The notes under the pieces were generated by a model that saw nothing but the letters and a program-made list of their open reading frames with translations, was not told the origin of the DNA and made no database searches. Both the position numbers and the translations under genes were made by a program. Positions 9,631-19,029 of a stretch of 26,519 nucleotides of DNA are shown piece by piece (positions within the stretch are counted from its first letter, which is position 1; every line of letters begins with the position of its first letter). Origin of the DNA: Candidatus Iainarchaeum sp. GTDB taxonomy: Archaea > B1Sed10-29 > WALL01. The stretch is from the NCBI GenBank assembly GCA_021162685.1, contig JAGGYF010000041.1:1-26519 (forward strand), given 5' to 3'.

Positions 9631-10437
9631 TCATATCTTCCTCGCTATAGAAACCCTCACTTCTGGTGGTTTCTCCCCAACAACTTTCCTGTAGTTGTGT
9701 CGTGTTGATTTGACAATATCTGAGAGTTTTCTTATATGGGGGGCTAATTTTTTTGGGTCTCCGTACTTCATCTCATATATGCCCTTGACAATTTCCCCAC
9801 ATGTCTTTAGGTTCTCAACAAACTTATTTTTCAATTCCTCTCTTTTCTTCAGAAGGTTCGTGTATTTCTCCCTAATCCCTGGGTCAATATTATTTATGTT
9901 ATTCTCATATACCCTATGTATCTCATTTCTCCTTTTCTCAAGTAGTTCAACACGCCTGTACGCTTTCTCAAGTCTCTTGTGTATATCATCCCCTATCTCA
10001 TTTTCCTTGGCTATTCTGTTATAAAACGCCATCTTCAAACTTGGGTATTTGCTCAACATCTTTGAAAGGATGTCATGAGATTCAACATCGTGTTTTGCTC
10101 CTCTCAACAATAGATTGAGATGTTCTGCATTCCTCACTGCACGAGAGAAATCCATGCCTATTGCGTTTGTTACTGCTCTCCTTATTTCTTCCTTGTGCTG
10201 CTTTACTCCATCCATACTATTTATTGCTCTTAACTCCTCCTTTAGCGCGTATAACTCATCATGTGCTTCACTAAGCTCTTCTTCTGCATTCTTTTTACTG
10301 GTCTCTATATTCAATATCCTTTTACCGTGCTCATGCCCTTCTAACTGCTCAAGGAGTTCATTATACTCCTTTATCCTTCCCTCTATCTCATTCTGCTTCT
10401 GCTCCAATTTCTTTATCTCATCACTGAGCGACATCAT
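9631..10437 (-). CDS. Hypothetical coiled-coil protein
   Basis: 268-aa ORF rich in heptad-like E/K/L segments. Starts 12 nt after the Mut7-C gene on the same strand. Confidence 0.75.
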   Translation of the reverse strand: MMSLSDEIKKLEQKQNEIEGRIKEYNELLEQLEGHEHGKRILNIETSKKNAEEELSEAHDELYALKEELRAINSMDGVKQHKEEIRRAVTNAIGMDFSRAVRNAEHLNLLLRGAKHDVESHDILSKMLSKYPSLKMAFYNRIAKENEIGDDIHKRLEKAYRRVELLEKRRNEIHRVYENNINNIDPGIREKYTNLLKKREELKNKFVENLKTCGEIVKGIYEMKYGDPKKLAPHIRKLSDIVKSTRHNYRKVVGEKPPEVRVSIARKI

Positions 10438-10449
10438 AATAATTTTGCA

Positions 10450-10851
10450 CTATGTATTATTTAAATGTTGGGCGAATGCGCTTATCCTCCTCCAGTGAGA
10501 GCCCTTCCAATATTCTTGGCCGCAATCAACACATCTCCACTTGCTTCCATCTTTAACAAGCCTTCCGTTACATCGCGAGCAGAACCTGAAAACTGGCTCA
10601 TTCGGTATTACTAAATTAAATCTCTTCTTGACAAACTCCATCTGCTTTTTTGGGTCATCATAGGGTATTAGTACACATCTTTTATCTCTTGCTAATGCCT
10701 TATCCCGTGTTAATATTATCCTCCCCTCTATTTTTGCCCTCTCAAGTATCTCATCGTCACTCTCCTCATCAGAAGCTAATTCGCAATCATATCCAAAAAT
10801 CCTGAGCCAAACAGCAAGTTTTGCCAGCATCGCATCGCATAGAAACAACAT
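10450..10851 (-). CDS. Mut7-C RNase (PIN-like, DUF82) domain protein
   Basis: FLCDAMLAKLAVWLRIFGYD, DDEIL..AKIEGRIILTRD, CSRCNGRL...CVDCGQEYWKGSHW. Confidence 0.93.
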   Translation of the reverse strand: MLFLCDAMLAKLAVWLRIFGYDCELASDEESDDEILERAKIEGRIILTRDKALARDKRCVLIPYDDPKKQMEFVKKRFNLVIPNEPVFRFCSRCNGRLVKDGSKWRCVDCGQEYWKGSHWRRISAFAQHLNNT

Positions 10852-10852
10852 T

Positions 10853-10935
10853 GAGCCACCCTTTAACGTAGGGTCCCTGGGGAGAGGAGAAGGGGGACCC
10901 TACGGGAGAGGAATTCAGAGAATTTCTCCCCACTC
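10853..10935 (-). promoter_or_regulatory. Candidate structured RNA leader (or ncRNA) upstream of the Mut7-C gene
   Basis: GC-rich island with a perfect 11-bp stem (10867-10877/10894-10904), a second hairpin (10904-10930) and an 8-bp loop complement (10878-10885/10925-10932). TATA-like TTTATA on the minus strand at 10961-10956. Confidence 0.55.
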
Positions 10936-11000
10936 TAATTTATTGCTTCAGCCAATATAAACGTTGTGTATTTATTCTATTATTTACATAAATCTAGATT

Positions 11001-13352
11001 ATGATTAAGCGCCTTGCACTGAAAAATTGGAAAAGTCATGAAACTACAGAACTTGTTTTTGCCAGAGGCACAAATGTCATTGTTGGGCAAATGGGCTCTG
11101 GGAAAAGCTCTGTCATGGATGCAATATGTTTTGCACTATTTGGAACATTTCCTGCTCTGCAATCAAGAAAGATAAAGCTGGAACAATGCATACAGAACAA
11201 GCCAAAACAAAAGCAAGGCGCTAGGATAGAGCTGGAATTCATACTTGGAGATGAGACATATAGTATTATCAGAGAGATAACAAGGGGAAAAGGAACAACA
11301 TTATCTGAAATAAGGAAGAATGGTATGCTAATTGAGGGACCAAATGCCCAGCGTGTAACAGAGAAGGTTGTTGAGATATTGAAAATAAACTATGACCTAT
11401 TCTCAAGAGCAGTATATTCTGAGCAGAATCAGATTGACTACTTTCTTCAGATACCTTCTGGCCAGAGAAAGAAGAAGATTGATGAGCTACTTGGCATAAA
11501 CCGATTTGAGAATGCTAGGAAGAATCTTAAGACATTGAGAAATCGGCTGAAGGGAAAACTTGACGATAGAAAAAAACAGATTGCTGAAATGGAGAAGGAT
11601 GAACAACTTAAGAGAATTGGGGCAATAGAAGAAGAAATCAAAAGAACAAAGGAAGAGATCAGCCAGTATGAAAAGGAGATTGCTGAAAAAACAAATGTTT
11701 TGAACCAACTAATTGCGAGAATAAAAGATGTTGAGGCAAAGGAGCAGGCATACAAAAAACTTGTTGAGGAGCAGTCCCTGCTAATAAATAAAATAGATAT
11801 GATGAAGAAAAGTATCCAAGAGATTGAGGATAAACTTGGGGAAAAGATATTGAAAGCGGACCTTGAAGTAGAATTAAAACGAATTAGAGACAAAGAGAGA
11901 GAACTAAGAGAGAGGATGAGGAATATTGAGGAATCAGATATAAAAAAGCAATTTATTGAGAAGAAAGAGTTGCTGTCCTCACATGAAACACAATTGAGAC
12001 AGATGGAAAAAGATGCTGAAAAGAAAAAGCAATTAAAAAAACGCCTTGATGAGTTGAGGTCTGTTATAACAATTGAATCCTTTGATAAATTAAAGGAGAA
12101 ACTGCGAAGTATTGAAGCGGAGATTACGAAAGTAGAGTCAAATATAGCGCATGAGAAAAAGCGTATTCAGGAGCTTGAAAAAGCAGGGGATAAATGTCCT
12201 GTATGTGATAGTGATATAAGCGAGCAGAAGAAAGATGAACTTATATCCAGTGCACTCATATCCATCAAAAAACTTGAAGAAAGGGCTAAGGAACTAAACA
12301 GGGAAAAGAGCAGCATAGATATTGAAAAAATGGAGAAAATTATTGAGGAACAAAAGATTATTGAAGAACAGATAAAGGCAATAAAAGAGGAAGGTATTGG
12401 AAAGAAAAAGGATATTATTGAACATCTGAGAAAAGAGCTGAATGAAATTGAGAAGGAGATGGCAGAACAGAAGAAAGAGGAGCAGAGCATAAGGGATGAG
12501 ACTGAAAAAACGATAAAATTGATTACGAAAATTGAACAATTGATTGAAAAAAAGAAGGAAAGAGCTAAACATATAGAAGAAGTTGGCAAGATGGAAAAGC
12601 GGGTAGAGGACATCAAAAATGAGATTACAAAGTTAAATTTTGATGAGAGTGAGATCAGAAAACTAAGAGACGAAAAGGAAAAATTAAGTATTTTGATAAA
12701 TGAAAGAAAGACAAAAGTTGAGATGAGTAGACGCATAATCAAGGATAAAGAAGCACTCCTTCGTGAGCTTGAGCAGAAAAAGGGGCAGATAGAAAAAATG
12801 AAAAATGAGGCAGAATTTATATCAAAGACTATAGACTCCCTTTCTGTGTATGAGCGGGCTATTGAATCAACACAAGTGATGCTTAGGGAAGAATTTACAT
12901 CTGCATTAAATGCTGCACTTGAGGATATATGGTTTAGGATATATCCTTATGGAGACTATCTCTCGCTACGACTTGGATTAGAATCTGGTGATTATACACT
13001 CCAATTGAAAACAAGAGCAGGAGAATGGGTGAATGTTGATGGTATAGCATCTGGGGGTGAGAGAAGCACAGCATGTCTGGCACTGAGAATTGCATTTGCA
13101 CTGGTATTAACACAAAACCTTTCATGGTTGGTTCTTGATGAGCCAACACATAACCTTGATGAAAGTGGTGTAGAGGTGCTCTCAAGAGCAATGCGCGAAC
13201 ACCTCCCCGAACTTGTAGACCAAATATTTGTTATAACACATGAACGGAAGATGGAGAAGGCAGTATCTGGTATGTTGTACAGATTTGAGAGAAAGAAGGA
13301 GGAGGATGAACCAACGAAAGTAGTGTTAGTTAGTGAAGGTCCTATATATTAA
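11001..13352 (+). CDS. rad50: Rad50/SbcC-family SMC ATPase
   Basis: LKNWKSH, Walker A GQMGSGKSS, Q-loop VYSEQNQI, zinc hook CPVC mid coiled-coil, signature ASGGE, Walker B LVLDEPT, H-loop VITH. Confidence 0.92.
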   Translation: MIKRLALKNWKSHETTELVFARGTNVIVGQMGSGKSSVMDAICFALFGTFPALQSRKIKLEQCIQNKPKQKQGARIELEFILGDETYSIIREITRGKGTTLSEIRKNGMLIEGPNAQRVTEKVVEILKINYDLFSRAVYSEQNQIDYFLQIPSGQRKKKIDELLGINRFENARKNLKTLRNRLKGKLDDRKKQIAEMEKDEQLKRIGAIEEEIKRTKEEISQYEKEIAEKTNVLNQLIARIKDVEAKEQAYKKLVEEQSLLINKIDMMKKSIQEIEDKLGEKILKADLEVELKRIRDKERELRERMRNIEESDIKKQFIEKKELLSSHETQLRQMEKDAEKKKQLKKRLDELRSVITIESFDKLKEKLRSIEAEITKVESNIAHEKKRIQELEKAGDKCPVCDSDISEQKKDELISSALISIKKLEERAKELNREKSSIDIEKMEKIIEEQKIIEEQIKAIKEEGIGKKKDIIEHLRKELNEIEKEMAEQKKEEQSIRDETEKTIKLITKIEQLIEKKKERAKHIEEVGKMEKRVEDIKNEITKLNFDESEIRKLRDEKEKLSILINERKTKVEMSRRIIKDKEALLRELEQKKGQIEKMKNEAEFISKTIDSLSVYERAIESTQVMLREEFTSALNAALEDIWFRIYPYGDYLSLRLGLESGDYTLQLKTRAGEWVNVDGIASGGERSTACLALRIAFALVLTQNLSWLVLDEPTHNLDESGVEVLSRAMREHLPELVDQIFVITHERKMEKAVSGMLYRFERKKEEDEPTKVVLVSEGPIY

Positions 13353-14112
13353 TTTTCTTTTCAAACATGAAGTAGAATATCAGCCATGCACAGAGAAAAT
13401 ATGCCGCAACAACGAGCATAATAAAATTACTTATGAAGCACCCAAAGGCTGGAACAAAAGAAATTAACATAATAAAAAAACTCGCAGCAATTGAAGCAAT
13501 GAAAAGCGAAAGTAATTCTTTTGATATATTCCTTTTTGTTATACTAAACGCTCTTAATATACCATCTGGTGCTCTTCTTTTTTCCACAACAATTGATGCT
13601 GGAAGCAGACTATTTGCTATGGAGAGGAATGCCTCAATTAATACAAACAATGCAATACCAGAGAAAACAAGCACTATAAAAATAATTGGATGCGACGAGA
13701 CAATGCCTATTGCAATCATCAAACTGCAAATGAAAATAGCTATAAAGGAGAGGAGCCAGATGACAATCTTTGCAAAAAACAGAGGAATAAACAATGGAAT
13801 AAATGAATGAATTGCTTTACGCATTGATGCCTTCTGCTTTGTCCTCATCTGAATAAATGATGCTGACACCCCAACAACAAATGTTGAGATAAAGAGGTGA
13901 AGAATGAATATCATTATAAATGTTGGGAATATCGTTGAAATCAGGCCTTTCATTGCTATTGGATTTGACAATGCATTGTATAGCTCATACCGCAATGATG
14001 CTAGATACAGAATCAATATCAAAGAGGGGAGCCACCCTAAAAATTGCAGGAGTATGAGTTCTGGGTTTCTCCTCAAAAACATCGCGCTTTTTGTGAATAT
14101 TCCCATTATCAT
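13342..14112 (-). CDS. Polytopic membrane protein, about 5-6 TM (DUF7847/GPDPase-membrane-like)
   Basis: Multiple hydrophobic helices and ASIVVEKRRAPDGILRAFSIT pattern. ATG 14112 overlaps the pcm stop (ATGA). Confidence 0.7.
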   Translation of the reverse strand: MIMGIFTKSAMFLRRNPELILLQFLGWLPSLILILYLASLRYELYNALSNPIAMKGLISTIFPTFIMIFILHLFISTFVVGVSASFIQMRTKQKASMRKAIHSFIPLFIPLFFAKIVIWLLSFIAIFICSLMIAIGIVSSHPIIFIVLVFSGIALFVLIEAFLSIANSLLPASIVVEKRRAPDGILRAFSITKRNISKELLSLFIASIAASFFIMLISFVPAFGCFISNFIMLVVAAYFLCAWLIFYFMFEKKINI

Positions 14113-14735
14113 CCCTCGTTGATAAGTGGTACAAATACACAATCGCAGTGCAGGTCTGTTACATTGATATTGTTATTCTTTTTCTCAATAAGTAATAGCT
14201 TCTGGAGATAGAATGGTCCAACCGGGACAACCATTTTCCCATTATTTTTCAATTGTTTGACTAAATCCTCTGGTATTGTTCTTGCAGCACAGGTAACCAT
14301 AATTCTATCAAACGGTGCTTCATCTGGAAGCCCTTTTGCACCATTTCCTAAGATCACTTTTATGTTTCTCCACTTCATCAGATTTTTTCTTGACATCTCA
14401 ACAAGTTTTGCATGCCTCTCTACAGTAAATATCTTTCCATCTCTACCAACAAGTTCTGCAAGGATGGCTGCTTGATAACCAGAACCAGAACCAATCTCAA
14501 GAATTTTCATCCCTGGCCTGACATCTAGATATTGGCTCATCATTGCAACCATATGTGGAGCAGATATTGTCTGATTTGCGTATATTGGTAGTGGAGTATC
14601 AGCATAAGCATAGTCTTTATATTCATCCAGAACAAACATTTTCCTATCTACTTTGCGCATAGCCCTCTCAACGTCCTTGTTGGTTATTATCCCAGTCCTC
14701 ACCAAGTAGTCCACAAGCTCGTCATTTGAGTGCAT
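14109..14735 (-). CDS. pcm: Protein-L-isoaspartate O-methyltransferase
   Basis: AYADTPLPI..NQTISAPHMVA, ILEIGSGSGYQAA, APFDRIMVTCAA, CVFVPL. Confidence 0.97.
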   Translation of the reverse strand: MHSNDELVDYLVRTGIITNKDVERAMRKVDRKMFVLDEYKDYAYADTPLPIYANQTISAPHMVAMMSQYLDVRPGMKILEIGSGSGYQAAILAELVGRDGKIFTVERHAKLVEMSRKNLMKWRNIKVILGNGAKGLPDEAPFDRIMVTCAARTIPEDLVKQLKNNGKMVVPVGPFYLQKLLLIEKKNNNINVTDLHCDCVFVPLINEG

Positions 14736-14770
14736 GATGTATATAGGAATAGGAAATATTAAATAGGTGT

Positions 14771-14806
14771 TATATCAAAATTTGATATATATCAAAAAAT
14801 GATATA
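14771..14806. promoter_or_regulatory. Tandem palindromic operator TATATCA-N5-TGATATA (two copies), probable PadR site
   Basis: TATATCAAAATTTGATATA at 14771-14789 and TATATCAAAAAATGATATA at 14788-14806, ending 8 nt before the padR ATG. Confidence 0.75.
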
Positions 14807-14814
14807 GTGATGCA

Positions 14815-15231
14815 ATGGAACAATTAATTGCAGAGATAAGGGATATCAGGAAGAAAATGGTGAAAAATGCTCCTCCAGAGATGAAAAAGGTTATGCTGAA
14901 CAAGTATGTATCCACTATATTTAGAATTAGGCTTTTGGCACTTGCCCTCCTGTCAAAAAAGGAGACATATGGCTATGAGATAATCAACTTAGCAAAGGGA
15001 ATAAGTATAGAGGAAGAACCACGCATAAGTGCGAGCAAGGTATACCCCGTATTACACGAGATGGAGAACAAAGGACTTATAAAAGGCAGATGGCATGGAA
15101 GGAAAAAGATATATAGCATAACAAAAAAGGGGTTGAAGATGATGAATTGGATAAAACGGAGTTGGAAAGAGAGTATCATATTACAAGCAAAAGTATTCAA
15201 AAAAATATTTAATGAAGAGGTGAAGACATGA
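14815..15231 (+). CDS. PadR-family transcriptional regulator
   Basis: LALLSKKETYGYEII...SASKVYPVLHEMENKGLI...RKKIYSITKKG. Confidence 0.92.
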   Translation: MEQLIAEIRDIRKKMVKNAPPEMKKVMLNKYVSTIFRIRLLALALLSKKETYGYEIINLAKGISIEEEPRISASKVYPVLHEMENKGLIKGRWHGRKKIYSITKKGLKMMNWIKRSWKESIILQAKVFKKIFNEEVKT

Positions 15232-16736
15232 AAAAAATAATTGTGCTTTTGTTGTTGCTATCAACTGTGTTTGGTGCAGCAATTGAGATAAGCCAAAGCC
15301 AGACAAAGGTATATGATGTATATGTGCCAGCAACTCCCACTACATATCCATCACAATTAAGAAAGGGTATGAATAACATCTTGGTTGAAGTACCATTGAC
15401 AAATTATGCAAAAACCACATTATATAATCTATCAACTGAACTGAGAACCACACATCCGTTTATTGGTGTTAAGACAAAAGACTTTATAACAAGAATTGAC
15501 CCAAACGAACGTGCATCTGTTTTTTATAGGATAAATATTGCTGATGATGCACAGCAGGGCGAATATCAATTACTCCACAAGATTACGTATTATGATGCAA
15601 GTGGGAACAAACAGGAGACGAGCAAAACGATGATATTCAGGATATCGTATGTTAAGAGGATTGAGGTAAGTAAGATAGATGCTATAGAAGCATTACCTGG
15701 ACAGACAGTCCCGATAAAGATAACATTTGAGAATACTGGTGATCTTCTCGTTGATGACATATCTGTGACACTAACCCCTAGCTCAACAGCATCTGGAAAT
15801 ATTGAGTTTGTTCCAACAATGAAGAGGATTGAGATTATACCTATTGGGGAAAACAAAACAATAGAATTTGAGATGACTGCTAGCAAATTTGCATCTGCTG
15901 GCAGTTATCCCGTCACAATATCCGCAACGTATGGTGACAATACACTAGAACAAACATTTATTGCCACAGTCGCAGGAAAACCAATACTTGATGTTAAGGA
16001 CATGCACTTTTCCGATACACCAATGCCAGACAGCACAATAACGTTGCATGTTGATATCACAAATCCAGGTGGGGCAAAGATAACTGGGGTAACTGCAAAA
16101 CTTTCTTCTTCAACATCTGGCATCGCTGTTGTATCAGATTCGCAGCTTTATATAGATGAGATATTACCAAAAGAAAAGACATCACTTGAGTACACGATAA
16201 AGATTGATAAATCAGTAACCTCTGGCGTGTATGCACTAACATTAGAATTTACATCGTCTGAGATAAGCCAGACACAAACAATATCATTTGAGGTAAGGGG
16301 AAAGCCAAAACTTCAGCTTGCTGGCGTACAAACAGACAAGGATGTTGTGTATACTGGCTCTCCTTTCTCGCTTAGTATACAATTTGAAAACATTGGTACA
16401 GGTGATGCAAAATCTGTAAAGGTTGTTCTGGATGATAATGACATAGAGGGGGTACTAACAAGTTTTGTTGGAACAATTGAGGTTGATGACACAGGAACTG
16501 CTATATTTGATATTATTGACAAGAAGCCTGGCAGGAGGATTGTAAAAGCAACAGTAACATATGAGGATGAATATGGAAACCCAGCAAAAAAGGAGGTAAA
16601 CATTGAGTACTATGTAACAAGCAAACCTATAAACATTGTTGGCATTATTGTTGTTGTAGCAGTATTAGGAGGTATCGGATACTACCTATACAGAAAGAAG
16701 CAGAAGGAAAAGCGATTAAAGCAATTGGTGAAGTGA
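15228..16736 (+). CDS. COG1361 S-layer-like / CARDB-repeat membrane-anchored protein associated with ABC transporter
   Basis: Signal peptide MKKIIVLLLLLSTVFG, repeated Ig-like units (FENTG, ITNPG, FENIG), TYEDEYGN, C-terminal TM plus basic tail. Confidence 0.85.
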   Translation: MKKIIVLLLLLSTVFGAAIEISQSQTKVYDVYVPATPTTYPSQLRKGMNNILVEVPLTNYAKTTLYNLSTELRTTHPFIGVKTKDFITRIDPNERASVFYRINIADDAQQGEYQLLHKITYYDASGNKQETSKTMIFRISYVKRIEVSKIDAIEALPGQTVPIKITFENTGDLLVDDISVTLTPSSTASGNIEFVPTMKRIEIIPIGENKTIEFEMTASKFASAGSYPVTISATYGDNTLEQTFIATVAGKPILDVKDMHFSDTPMPDSTITLHVDITNPGGAKITGVTAKLSSSTSGIAVVSDSQLYIDEILPKEKTSLEYTIKIDKSVTSGVYALTLEFTSSEISQTQTISFEVRGKPKLQLAGVQTDKDVVYTGSPFSLSIQFENIGTGDAKSVKVVLDDNDIEGVLTSFVGTIEVDDTGTAIFDIIDKKPGRRIVKATVTYEDEYGNPAKKEVNIEYYVTSKPINIVGIIVVVAVLGGIGYYLYRKKQKEKRLKQLVK

Positions 16737-16737
16737 T

Positions 16738-17883
16738 GTGTGGCATATTGCTTTCAGGAATATATGGAGGAATAAATCAAGGACAATACTTGCAATGCTC
16801 GCACTTATTGTAGGTATTATAACAATCATTGTTCTGGTTTCTGCTACACTCGGTGTGAAGTCATCAGTATCAAATGTCATGGGACAGATGAAAGGTATAA
16901 TTGTATACGAACATGATGCTGCTGATGTTCCATATTCACACTTATCCTCTGATTATGAGGAAAAGCTTGAGGATATAAGAGGGGTCAGGGTTGCCCTACC
17001 AGAGATATATGGCATGGTTAGAACAATTGATGGGAAAAAAGCAGAAGGAACTGGCTCATTTACTGCTGGTATGGTCATGCTCGTAGGACTTGATCCAAAA
17101 AAGGAACGGATGAGACAAGGGGATATGTATGGGATTGGTGTTGAGGAGGGGAGAAAATTTATTAGTTCTGACAAATATGCTGCCATTATAAGCAAGGATA
17201 TTGCTGATAACTACAAGAAGAACATAGGGTCAAAGATTGAGCTTGATGACGGAAAGAAATACACGGTCATTGGGATCCTTGAGGAGAGTTCTGTTCTTGG
17301 TTCAATTATTGTTGTGCCATTGGATAGGGCAAGAGAACTTGCACATCTTAAAGAAGATGAGGTAAATAGTTTCACAGTACAAACGAAAAATCCAGAAGAT
17401 GAGAAGAGGATTGCCACACTTATAAAGATGAAATATCCAGAACTTGAAGCTATTACTGCATCGCAAGCAGTTGAAGAAACCGAGGACATTATGGGTATAA
17501 TGGATTTGTTCTTTTATGTAATGGCAAGCATATCATTGATTATTGCAGGTATCGGAATAGTAAACGCAATGCTGATGTCTGTGCTTGAGAGGACAAAGGA
17601 ATTTGGAGTGTTAAAGGCTGTTGGATGGGAAAACGATGACCTGCTAAAACTCATAATTGAGGAGTCTATTCTAATTGGGGTTGTGGGTGGCATTATTGGA
17701 ATAATCATAAGTGTAGCAATTGTTGAGATATTAAACAACTATATGCCATTCAGTTTGCTGATCACAAAGGAACTGATTGGAGAGGCATTCCTATTCTCAG
17801 TAATAGCAGGCATTGTTGGGGGCATCTATCCTGCATGGAGGGTTACAAAGATTGATCCAATACAGGCAATAAGAGGAGAGTAG
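16738..17883 (+). CDS. MacB/FtsX-family ABC transporter permease
   Basis: AFRNIWRNKSRTILAML, GIVNAMLMSVLERTKEFGVLKAVGW, YPAWRVTKIDPIQAIR. GTG start. Confidence 0.95.
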   Translation: MWHIAFRNIWRNKSRTILAMLALIVGIITIIVLVSATLGVKSSVSNVMGQMKGIIVYEHDAADVPYSHLSSDYEEKLEDIRGVRVALPEIYGMVRTIDGKKAEGTGSFTAGMVMLVGLDPKKERMRQGDMYGIGVEEGRKFISSDKYAAIISKDIADNYKKNIGSKIELDDGKKYTVIGILEESSVLGSIIVVPLDRARELAHLKEDEVNSFTVQTKNPEDEKRIATLIKMKYPELEAITASQAVEETEDIMGIMDLFFYVMASISLIIAGIGIVNAMLMSVLERTKEFGVLKAVGWENDDLLKLIIEESILIGVVGGIIGIIISVAIVEILNNYMPFSLLITKELIGEAFLFSVIAGIVGGIYPAWRVTKIDPIQAIRGE

Positions 17884-19029
17884 ATGTTAAGAATTGCTAT
17901 GAAAAACCTTATGAGAAACAAGAGCAGAAGCATACTGGCACTGGTTGGGTTAGTGCTTGGAGTAACCACCATAATTGCACTTATATCTATTACTGTTGGC
18001 ATTGATAATTACGTCACAAACACAGTATCAAAGATAAAAGGTATAATAGTGTATGAGAAGGATGTCTCGTTTCTTCCACTATCACGTATTGATGAACAAA
18101 CTATTGAGAAGATTGAAAAGATTGATGGTGTCAGAGATGTTGCTCCCCGTGTGTTCGTTACAGTAATGCGTATTGATGATAAGGGAGGAGGTATCTCAGG
18201 ATTTAAGGAGATGATAAGGGTATATGGTATAGACCCTATTAGAGAATCAAAAACAAGGAAGGGGCAACACCCACTCGGGAGTGAATTGTTGAGAGGGAGA
18301 TGGCTTGCCTTAGGAGATAAATATGCAGTAATACTGGATGAAAACATTGCCGATGATTATAAGAAAACTGTTGGGTCAAAAATAAAACTCAATGATTATA
18401 CATTTAAGGTTGTAGGTATAACAAAGGAGATGGGAGGGATGATTCCAGGAAGTGCAACAATCCCTCTTGATATAGCAAGGGAGATGGCTGGGATAAAGCA
18501 GAATGAAGTCACCGCACTACTTGTTGAACCAGATCATCCTGAGGAGACAGAACGTATTGCTGACCTAATTGAAATGCAGATAGATGGTGTAGATGCAAAG
18601 CCAACTGAGGAGTATGCCAAACAGATTGCAACTGTCTTAAACTACATAGATGCCTTATTTTGGATTGTGTCCAGTATCGCTGTCTTCGTTGCGGGCATTG
18701 GAATATTGAATACAATGCTGATGTCTGTGCTTGAGAGGACAAAGGAATTCGGAGTGTTGAAGGCTGTTGGGTGGACAGAAGAAGATATTATAGTACTTGT
18801 CCTTTCAGAATCGTTCCTATTGGGAGTCATTGGAGCAATTATCGGAACACTCTCTGGCGCAATTGTTGTTGAGATTGCAAAACACTACCTTGGTATACCT
18901 ATGGCAATAAGCACAAACCTAGTTATCTATGCATGGTGTTTCTCAATCATTGTTGGCGTGTTGGGTGGGATTTATCCAGCATGGAGAGCAAGTAAACTTG
19001 ACCCAATAGAAGCAATAGGGGTTGGTTAG
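17884..19029 (+). CDS. MacB/FtsX-family ABC transporter permease (tandem paralog)
   Basis: AMKNLMRNKSRSILAL, GILNTMLMSVLERTKEFGVLKAVGW, YPAWRASKLDPIEAI. Confidence 0.95.
   Translation: MLRIAMKNLMRNKSRSILALVGLVLGVTTIIALISITVGIDNYVTNTVSKIKGIIVYEKDVSFLPLSRIDEQTIEKIEKIDGVRDVAPRVFVTVMRIDDKGGGISGFKEMIRVYGIDPIRESKTRKGQHPLGSELLRGRWLALGDKYAVILDENIADDYKKTVGSKIKLNDYTFKVVGITKEMGGMIPGSATIPLDIAREMAGIKQNEVTALLVEPDHPEETERIADLIEMQIDGVDAKPTEEYAKQIATVLNYIDALFWIVSSIAVFVAGIGILNTMLMSVLERTKEFGVLKAVGWTEEDIIVLVLSESFLLGVIGAIIGTLSGAIVVEIAKHYLGIPMAISTNLVIYAWCFSIIVGVLGGIYPAWRASKLDPIEAIGVG

Noticed and set aside
11036-13191. Ser/Phe/Ile-rich minus-strand ORFs inside rad50, and similar ORFs inside other genes
   Set aside because: Typical antisense shadows of K/E-rich coding sequence.
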